The translations under genes and the position numbers were made by a program. The notes below the pieces were generated by a model, which searched no databases, was not told the origin of the DNA, and saw only the letters and a list, made by a program, of their open reading frames with translations. Shown piece after piece: positions 10,210-20,036 of a stretch of DNA of 64,000 bases. How positions within the stretch are numbered: position 1 is the stretch's first letter; each line of letters opens with the position of its first letter. Source of the DNA: Psammoneis japonica (Eukaryota); assembly GCA_008632985.1 (NCBI GenBank), contig QPGO01000004.1, positions 1 through 64,000 of the forward strand, read 5' to 3'.

Positions 10210-13200
10210 CAAGGGACGGAAGTGCCCGAGTCAGAGCGTGTCGCTCAATCTTTTTATGTTTTGCGTGATCGTGAAGAAAACATGTGTTTTAATGTTGATG
10301 ACAATGTGGGAGACCTGATGGAATCTTGCGCTGTGAATGAAGAAAAATTGGGCGGCGTTTTGGAGTGCGCTGTGCCAACCCCCAAAACTGCGACTCCCAA
10401 ACCATTGAATGTGGTGCCAACGACGTTGATGGTGGCGCGTGCCATTCAAAATCAAGAGAGCAAGCGAGTGTCACGAGTGCCATTGGATTCAGGAGGTGCT
10501 GACACTCTTGTTCATTCTCGAGTTTTGCCGAAGGGAGCGAATCCAACCATGAACGATGAAGGACGGTTGAGCTTTCAGACGGTGGCCGGACGACATGAAT
10601 CCTCCCGATGCGTCATTATGAAGGACTTGACATTGCCAGAATTTGACAAGTCAAAACAAGTCAACAGCATTGCGGCTCAAGTTTTTGATGCCCCATGCAA
10701 GTGTGATTTAATTTTGGGACAAGACTTTTTGTCGAAAGCCGGAATCGTGCTTGATTTTCGATTTGGAATGATAAGTGGTTGGAAACATCAATCCCAATGA
10801 AGCAATCCAATCATTGGAACTCAGTTCAGAATTGGTTGGATGCACTGGAAGACGACGGAGAGGACGAAGACGATGAGGAAGCCTTCGGACAATCTTTTAT
10901 GATGGACGCCAAATGCGAGAAAGTGTCATCCGCGAAAGTGGCGCAAGCTCAAACTCACTTAACTCAAGAACAATGTGACAAGCTACAGGCTGTGCTTGAA
11001 AAGCATGAAACCCTCTTTGATGGAATGCTTGGCAAACATCCGCATGAGACTGTTCACTTGGAAGTTGATCCCAACGCTGTTCCCTTCCATTCCAAGGCTC
11101 ACGAAGCATCCAAGAGGGATGAAGCCGTTTTTAAGAAAGAACTGCAACATCTGTGTAATGTTGGCGCACTGGAACCAGTGGGACCAACTGAATGGGCAGC
11201 CGGAACTTTTGTAACTCCCAAAAAGGATGGACGAGTTCGATGGGCATCCGATTTTCGAGAGTTGAACAAGGTGCTCAAACAAAAGGTCTATCCTCTGCCG
11301 ATCATTCAAGACGTCACTCACCGACGCTCGGGATACAAGCACTTGACCAAGTTGGACCTCACCATGTTTTATTGTCATGTCGAGCTTGACGAAGAATCCA
11401 AGGATTTGTGTGCTGTTGTCACTCCGTTTGGAAAATTTCGACATTGTCGATTGGCCATGGGTTTGAAAACCTCTCCCGACATTGCTCAAGCCATCATTGA
11501 AAAAGTGACTAGAAGAGAACAATCTGAAAATTAACCCACTCAAGTGCGAATGGTGTGTCCAAGAGACGGATTTTTTAGGCCATTGGCTCACGCCTGCAGG
11601 AGTCCGACCGTGGAAGAAGAAAGTGGAAGCGGTGCTACGAATGCAACCACCTAAAACTGTGACGCAACTACGATCGTTTATCGGTGCGGTAACTTATTGT
11701 CGCAACATGTGGCCTCGTCGCTCACACGTGCTCGCTCCACTCACGAAGTTGACAGGCAAGAGCAAGTTGGAATGGACCCCTGAATGTCAACGAGCCTTTG
11801 AAGATATGAAAACCTTGATGCTGGACGACACCCTTTGGGTCTACCCGAATCATAACAAGCCATTCCACATTTGTGCTGACTCTTCGGACTATCAGATGGG
11901 AGCCGCAATTATGCAAGACGGGAAACCAGTGGCTTGCTGGTCCCGGAAACTCAGCGCAGCACAACAGAACTACTCTACGATTGAAAAAGAATTGTTGGCG
12001 GTGGTAATGTGCTTCAAAGAATTTCGAAGCATGTCATTTGGAGCTGACTGCACTGTTTTTACGGATCATAAAAAATCTCACCTTTCGCACGCTCAATTCT
12101 CAACGAGTTCTTAGGTGGCGACTCTTCTTGGAAGATTTTGCCCCAACTTTCGAATACGTTGATGGCAAAGATAATCTCTTGGCGGATTGTTTTTCAAGAT
12201 TGCTGCGTATGGACCCTCCTACGGAAGGGAAGTGTGCTCCTAACAAGGGCAAGCTGATTGATTTTAAGACGATCGACCCTGCTGTGCCACCGCATGAAGA
12301 AGAACTGGACGACCAAAACAGTGTGTCTCATTTTTCCTATCGTCGTGAAGAACCATCTCCATTTTATTCTTCTGTCGTGGACGACCCCGAATTGTGTGAA
12401 TCATTTTTGAACTATCCTTCTCTCGAGGAAATGCAAAACCCTGCAACTGTGCAACGAATTCAAGAATGCCAATTCGTCGACGTGGAGCTGAACAACATGC
12501 GACAACAACATCCAGAACGCTTCGTTGTGGAACATGTGAATCAGCGTCCTGTAATTTGTTGTCGTGCTTGACCGAATGATCCTCCGACTGCGTGGAAAAT
12601 TTGTGTTCCAACGGCGTTGCTGCATGACATCATACGATGGCATCGTGGGATTTTGGGACATGCAGGAGTGCACCGAATGCATTCCACTGTTGGCACACAT
12701 TTCTGTCATCCTGCCCTTCGTCAATCCTGTGAAAGATTTCATTGTGCTGATTGTCAACGTTTGAAAACTTTAGGCCCTGGACATGGGGACCCACCTGAAC
12801 GACAAGCGCCTTCATTGCCATGGACGGAAGTTGCGGTTGACCTCATCGGTCCCTGGAAAATTGAAATTCAAAACCATGAAATCGAATTCAACGCTTTGAC
12901 TTGCATTGATGCCGTTTCGAATGTGACTGAACTCATTCGCATCGACAACAAAACCTCGTCTCACATTGCTCAACAATTTGAAAATTGTTGGTTGTCTCGT
13001 CATCCTCGTCCCAGCCGGTGCATCCATGACAATGGTGGAGAATTCATTGGAGAGGACTTTCAATTGTTGTTGCAACGAGCAGGAGTGGAAGACGCTCCGA
13101 CTGCGTCGCGAAATCCACAAGCCAATGCGGCATGCGAGCGCATGCATCAAACTGTTGGAAATGTCTTACGCACTTTGCTTCATGTTTGTCCTCCACAGAA

Positions 13201-13606
13201 TGTTGAGCAGGCCAATCAACTGGTGGACAATGCATTGGCAACCGCCATGCATGCAATGCGATGTGCGGTTTCTCGTGCTCTCAAGATTTCACCCGGTGCC
13301 ATGGTTTTTCAACGTGACATGATTCTTGACTTGCCAGTCCCAGCCGATCTTGCCACCATTCAAGAACACCGACAAGCGATCATCAATGCGAATCTCCGTC
13401 GAGCCAACGCTGAACGCCGATCCTGCGATTTTCAAGTTGGCGGACAAGTTCCACTCAAGGCTGTCGACCCAACCAAGCTCGAGCCACGAGCTCACGGTCC
13501 ATGTCCTGTCATTCAAGCACACGCCAACGGTGCACTTGCGGTCCAACGTGCACCTCATGTAACAGAACGATTGAACACACGTCGCGTCGTGCCGCATCAC
13601 ACCTGA
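10210..13606 (+). pseudogene. pol: pol: aspartic protease, RT, RNase H, integrase (frameshifts, a stop, internal deletion)
   Basis: LDSG and DLILGQDFL (PR); PKKDGRVR..DFRELNK, VYPLP, TPFGKF (RT); [23 protein letters not shown] (RH); HHCC, VDLIGP, DNGGEF, NPQAN..ER (IN). Confidence 0.95.
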
Positions 13607-13718
13607 GGTTGAGGGTTTTCTCCCCAACATTTGGGTTTCCCTTCCATCCTCATCCATTGGAATTTAAATTTTTTGAGTCCCGCATGATTCTCGACACTCG
13701 AATCATGGAAGGGAAGAG

Positions 13719-13880
13719 TGCAGTGTCTCGCACCTCATTTTTCTGATGTGCAGTGTTGACGAACCTGTTGGATGTGACGGAAGCCGTTGCAACGGGCTTC
13801 GCTGAAAGCGACCCTCGTCACCTCGGTCTTTCACTCACAAATTTGTTGTCACTGAAGTCTTTGTCTCGTCAGACCTTGCA
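13719..13880 (+). repeat. 3' LTR (contains no TpA)
   Basis: Preceded by the PPT, followed by the TSD. Confidence 0.97.
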
Positions 13881-14899
13881 ATCTAGAGCAGAGGGCCACG
13901 TGCCTTTCTACATTCGTCTTTTCCACATTGAAATCACGTGGGGCCCCATGCTTGCAGAAGTGGCGGCATTTTGGAAAAATGCAAGACTGAAACGCATTTT
14001 GGAGTTGTCGGACGAACCACATTGGTGTGGTGTGATGTGTCCGTCATCATCACATTCACGAGAAATGTGCAAACAATGTGTTCCCTCAGCATGCAAAACC
14101 TTTGCGGTGATGACGGCATGCCACAGTGGAAAACCCACAGGCTCAGATGTTCAACCTGAGCCTGTGGAAAACCAACTGCAGTGCAGGACGCACTTGATTT
14201 TCTGGAGATGTGTGGGGGGGGGGTCTGACCCTGCTGAGCATGTTCCTGCTCAGCTTGTCCCAGCCTTGTTTGTGCAATCTTGCAAACACACAAATTGTGG
14301 ACAAAAGAGACATTGGTGCCTTCACAGCAAGCTCTCAAGCAGTGGAGTTTTGCCATTTTTAAAATGTCAGGTTCCCCTCTGCCTCTGTGTGTGTGTGCTC
14401 CAAAAAGTCAGCATGGCAAGCTCTTTTGCACACCTCCATTGCCCAGTGCATGCCTTGGCTCAATTGGGTGGAATGTTTCAGAGTGGACACCATGTGTGAC
14501 TGATCCCCTGGCATTGTGAAAAACACCAGTGGCTCCATGTTTGTCAACGTTCCTGACAATGACGTGCATGTTGAGCTGCGCACTTTGATTGTGTGGAGAA
14601 ACAAGGATGATCTGCTCCACCAGCCAAAGCCACTCTGCCGCCCCCAGCAGACAACATTGACTCCTGCAGCCTGTTTGACCCAGTCCAGTAGAATGGTCCT
14701 GGGCAGCAACTCACTTGGGAGTGCACATGGCCCCTTTGGCTCTCCAACTTTGCTTCTTCGAGTGTGCAGTGGACGCCACAATGTCATGTGCAGGAGAGGG
14801 CATGGCTTTTCACTGCTCTGCTTTGACCCACCAGTGCAACTCTTCATTGGCAACTCTCCAGATTGAGCAGAACAATTGAAAAGAAAAGAGGGGGGTGGC

Positions 14900-16500
14900 C
14901 CATCGGGATCTGTGCTGCCAACAGATTGTGAGCAACATTTTGGCTTTCATGGCTGCTGCCTCACACAAGATTGATCCAGGCAATCTGGCTTCAGTCTTTG
15001 TGGGGAGTTGTCAACACACACTGTTTTCTCAACCAATTTGTGTTTGTCAAATTTGGGCAGTGAGAATTGAACGGTGCATTGACCATCAGTGGCAAAGAGC
15101 CCACCCTTGGTTTCCCAAGTCTTGGTGGCAAATTTCTCATTTCTCGTGGTGTTCTGCTGTCAAGAAGGAAGTGCAGTGGCTTGCTTTTCTCCTTTTCCAA
15201 GGAAGCATTCATGCAAGCAATGACTGCTGGACTGGTGTGGATTGTTTTTGCCCTTTTTCCAGGCTTTCTAACATCCAGTGACACACAAGACTCCTCGAGC
15301 AGTGACAGTCATTCTTCGGAATCGATCTTCTCAAATTGACACCAGTTTTCCTCACTGAAGGCATCAGAGTCATGTTCCTTGCTGTTGCACTTTGAATTCT
15401 TTGCATTGGAAGTCATCTAAAGAGAATTGTTGACCACCTGTTTGATCATGGCATTCAATTCCTCTTGCTTTTGGAGTGGCATTTTCAGCATGGTGACAAG
15501 ACCACATGTGATTGCCGCTGGTGCATTGCCATTTCAAGTTGCGTTCAGCATTCTCTCAGTGTTCATTTGCCAGTCATTCAATGACCCAGCACTGATCTGT
15601 GTTGCAAGTGTTTTTCTTGAGATGATTGCACCCCTCATCAGATTCAGACACCATTTGGCGCCAGATGGATGACCACCATTTTTGGAGCTGTTTCTGGAGC
15701 CACTTTTGGTTTTGGAACCAGGCTTGCCTTCATTGTCATCCTTGACATAAATTTGGTTGAACATGTCCTCTGCAACCTCCAGACATTCCAAAAATTCAAC
15801 CAACTTGTCAAAGGCATGATCCACAATTTCAAAACCTTGTGGGGTTGACTGACGATGCCACTTGTGAGGTGCAAGGTTGCAGACAACATCCTTGAGCCCA
15901 TCTTTGTCCAGATTCTGGTCAGATTTGCAGGGAGGATAGAACTTGAAATCTTTGTTGACCTCCTGAGCCCATGCAGCAATTTCTCGGATCTTCGTTGAGT
16001 CTGGCTTCTTGAGATCATGACACAGGTGTTGTCTCTGATTCTGAAGTGCATTCTTTGGGAAAACACAAGTGGCTTGAGAGATGATGCAGGCACTTTTTTG
16101 AAGGCTCCTTCAGCTTCTTCTTCAATGTGCATTTCCTTGTTCTCAAAAAACTTGCAGAACATCTCCCTGCAACAACACATGCATCATGCGGAACTTGCCA
16201 GCTTGCTCCATGACATTCTGTCCAATCAAATTTTTGTGCAGTTCTTCAGAAATTTGATGCACTTTGGAACTCCCTGCTTGTTGCAGCACTTGATGTTGAT
16301 TGTGCAGGTGCAGCTCTTCTTGTCTCCAGGATGAAAACACTGCTCCATCTTCATGTGCTGGCTCAGTTTGAGAGTCTTTGGCTTGGAAATCAACTCCAGC
16401 GGTTGAGGTGCAATCTTGTCCTGCTTGACTGTGGACTTGCTGTTGGCTGCATGAGATGAAAGCTTCATTTTTGTGCTTTTGCCTTCTGTGGTGTGTGTGC
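14900..16500 (-). pseudogene. Degenerate gypsy-like gag/protease remnant
   Basis: DKLVEFLECLEVAE (gag-like) followed downstream by KPLHFLLDS (protease-like); heavily decayed. Confidence 0.45.
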
Positions 16501-16714
16501 ACAATGCACTGTGCTTGAAGAACAAGCACAAATGAAAGCAGAGCAAATCACAAAAAGTAGAAAATTGTGAGATTAGATTCTGTGCTGAGATTTTGGGATT
16601 CTCTGAAGGAGCCCTCGATGGCCTGAAGCCATCATGCTGCTCCTGCAGAGCAAAGACCGTGACAACAGATTGTCCAGATGTGATCAACATTGACATTTTG
16701 TGAGTCAACATCTT

Positions 16715-16985
16715 CTGTCAATTGCACCCGCAATTTTAGACTTCAGATCAATTCTGTGTGATCAATCTGACCGTCGCATGCATCCACAATTGTTGCGCAA
16801 TTGACACGTGCAACAATGTGCAATTGCAAACATGATGTGCAATTTTGTCTGCCAATTGCATCTGCAATTTTAGACTTCCGATCAATTCTGTGTGATTGAT
16901 CCAACCATCGTGTGCATCCACAATTGTTGCATGATTGACATTTGGAACAATCTGCAATTGTGAACATGCACAATTTTGTCTGCTT
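16715..16985. repeat. Tandem duplication, ~134-bp unit x2
   Basis: caattttagacttc.gatcaattctgtgtgat at 16731 and 16865. Confidence 0.85.
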
Positions 16986-19002
16986 GGCAATGCATGCTGC
17001 ACATGTGTGTGTGTGTGTGTGTGTGATCATTGTCACATTCACAAGAAATGTGTGCACAATGCATGCCCTCAGCATGCAAAACCTTTGTGGCAATGATGAT
17101 GAGACACCACAGAACTGCTCAAACCAAAACCAGCACTCTGTGGATGGCAAGTGTGGCATTTGATTTTCTTGTGTGTTGCCTGCTGGTTGTCTTTTGCCAA
17201 GGCAGGTTGCCACAGTCCAGACTCCAATGGGGTGGGGTGACCCACAACTGTGTGGCTGATCCCAGCAACACAGAAAACACCAGCACTGCCTTGTTTGTCA
17301 AAACACATCTGCCAATGTGCTTTGTGCTTGGGGCCGCTGCTTCTTTTGGCACAGGAATGATGGTGTGATCTCTGTCAAGGCCACTCACCCAGCAGGCAAA
17401 ATGCCAGTCATCAAGCAGCATTTTTGCCTCTGATGGCTTCCAGGCCCATCCACCTTCTTTTCTTGACTGTCTTTCCACATCTGCTTCTTGGAATGCACAA
17501 ACAATGGCACTGCCACAAGAATTTGTGCTGGAGGAGAGGGAGCACATTCCCAAATGATGAGGCTTGCTGGCACACTCTTTTTTGGACACACCAGCTGGGT
17601 GGGATGATGGCCTCATTGCTGTCCATTCAATGTGGCAGAGGGATGTGGCCATGGCATTGTCCCAGAGGAGCAATGCCAACTTGTGCCAACAAGCAATCAG
17701 TTGTTGAATCACAAGAGTGACCAATGCTGCAGGCAGGAACAGGTGCCTGTGATGACTTCCTTGATGGCTGTGGGCACAAGACCAAGAGAAGAGCAAGCAG
17801 GATGACAGCATGCAGCATCAAGCCATTCGTCATTTGCCCCAAGTGAACACTGATGAAAGAAACATGTCAAGGGTGATGAGCACACACTCTTGCATTTTGG
17901 TGGGATTCCAGGCATGGTGCATGGCCAAAAAAAAACTCACATTCATGGGTGCACTTGATGGACATGAAGAGGGATGCAGGACATGATGGAAAAGCACATT
18001 GGTCTGAATGAGTCCAACACTGTAGAACTGATCATCATCTTAGTTGCTTTTGTTGCGCTGACATTTCTGCTTGTTTGGGGGTCTGTTGCAGCAGCAGGTT
18101 CAGATCTGCTCTCCATCTCCCATCACACACTTGTTGTTGCTGCTCTGCTTTCACCAGCCACCAGCATGATCGTCCTTTGGCAACCCTCCACATTGAATGG
18201 CACATCATTGAAAAGAAGAAGAGGGGGAGGGCCCATTGGAACCTCTGCTGTCAACATGATTGTGGGCACCATTTTCAGCTTTCACGGTGGCTGTTTTGTT
18301 CATGATTGATCCAGGCATTGTCAATCCACCAGCTGTGGTCTTTGGTGGGAGCGATCAGCACAGTGAGGATTTTTGTGATGGACATTAACACTTTGTTGAA
18401 GGCTCTTCCACAGCATGCCTACGGACACTGCCACTCATTGCTGTCAGTGGTGTTGGCAGCAATTGTCGGTGGTGTTTGCTGCGTGTGGGCTGTTGTACGA
18501 AAGTGCAGTCATACCTGCCTCTTTGGACATTGCATTGCTCTAGCAGAGAGGTGGAGAGATCTAGTTACATTGTAGAGTGCGGCAGTAGCTGCAAAAGAAA
18601 TGCTCGGTTCGAATGTCATTTCGCTGCTCTAGAACAATGGGAAGAAAAGCGCAAATGTGTGATTTGAAATTCAAATTTTCAACCTAAGCAATGTGAAGAT
18701 ACTTCAATGCTCTCCACGAACTTGGTGGACCCTGATGGACCTGCCATTAACTATGATCTATGGGATGCGTTGCAACTATTAAATTGCTTCAAGTAGCGTG
18801 AGCAATGTTGTGACGATGCACTTCAACTCTATGTGAACATAAAGCGCTGGACTCACTTGTGGATTCTGTAGCATTTCTTGATAAAGCACGACTCTGCTAG
18901 AGAGCCGAAAGTGTCCATATTTGCATTGAGAACGCCGTTCAGAAGAGAATTTCAAACACGTTCCTAGCACTGAATGCACCGGCTACTTTTCCTGGTAACT
19001 GA

Positions 19003-20036
19003 CTAGAGTGGTTGTTTCAGCCTTCGCTTTTGGCTCTTAACTCTTCTTGCCACCCGATGAATTGCCGGTAGTCCCCGAGTGTGGTTAGCGGCAGCCTCGG
19101 CCATTATCTTATAGCTGGCACTAGCGGCACCGGCACTGGAATTCGCCATTGATGCTCTCTCCTGGTGCATGGAACGGAGTTCTGTGACTTCCGTTTTGAC
19201 AAATGGGTGTGCTGCCATCATGGCAGAGTCGTGTCGTTGTGTAGGATCCTTGTCACAACAACAGCGTACAAAGTCAAGCATTTCCGGAGACCACTCATCC
19301 GGGTCGGCCAGCGTCGTGATGGTTTGGTGGGAATGACGAAAATGGCACGGAGCGGGTTCAACTCTGAGTGCGGTGGCGCACCTTCAGCCATTTCTACAAC
19401 CGTGATACCCAAACTCCATACATCAGCACGTCCATCATAGTGCGACTCGCGAATGACTTCGGGCGCCATCCAGTATGAAGAGCCTGCAACTACATGTGGT
19501 GTGCTTGGCATTTCCGCTGCTCGACCGAAACCCGCCAGTTTAACGTATCCCTCGTTTGTCAACAATACATGCTGGCACCTAACATCACGGTGACAAACGT
19601 TCATCACACCATGCAAGTACTCTAATGCTAAGACAACGCTGGCGCAAACGGCCCTGATAAAGTCTTCTGGCAACATTGATTCCTTGTTGGCCTCGATCAG
19701 ATCCACCATACTTCCACCATCGCAGTGCTCCATAACAATCCACATTTCCTTGAGTTTGTTGAAACACTCCAAATACCGTATAATATATGGTGAATCACAT
19801 CGACTAAGAATCCTGACTTCACGCATGCTCTTTTCAATTTCGTCTGTCGTTTCATTAGGGATCACTTTAACCGCAACCGTGGCTCCGGTAGGCTTGTGAG
19901 TGGCTTGATAGAGCTTGTGGGTAGATGGGGGGAATTCAGTTTTCCCGAGGGGCCCAAAAGAGCCTTCTCCAAGCAGGGTGACGATATCAAGATCATCCGA
20001 ATTATCTTCTGAAACCTGATTCAAAACAAAGGGCAT
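19003..20036 (-). pseudogene. STE20/MST-like Ser/Thr kinase copy, catalytically degenerate and frameshifted
   Basis: LGEGSFG, VAVK, WIVMEHC, YWMAPE, DVWSLGIT, EMAEGAPP; HRDIKxxN reads HRDVRCQH and DFG reads GFG; 1-bp shift near 19318 restores TLADPDEWSPEMLDFV. Confidence 0.85.

Larger units (their letters stand above)
8592..13880 (+). mobile_element. Full-length Ty3/gypsy LTR retrotransposon, inactivated
   Basis: 162-bp LTRs with TG...CA ends; TSD ATCTA at 8587-8591 and 13881-13885; PPT ggaagggaagag at 13707-13718; order gag-PR-RT-RH-IN. Confidence 0.97.
13886..18400. mobile_element. Block of old nested TE relics, depleted in TpA and CpG
   Basis: No TpA from 16873 to 18022; related segments at ~14035-14130 / ~17024-17112 and ~14495-14550 / ~17250-17300. 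Confidence 0.75.

Noticed and set aside
13719..13880. ADAR-type RNA hyper-editing or RT error as the cause
   Set aside because: A to G and T to C both occur at TpA in one LTR, and the two LTRs differ, which requires post-integration change on both DNA strands.
13886..18400. Many overlapping 60-250 aa ORFs as real Cys/His-rich genes (also 1-2285, 38700-42050, 43540-49080)
   Set aside because: They arise from loss of TAA/TAG stops, occur in all six frames, almost lack Tyr and show no intact domain.
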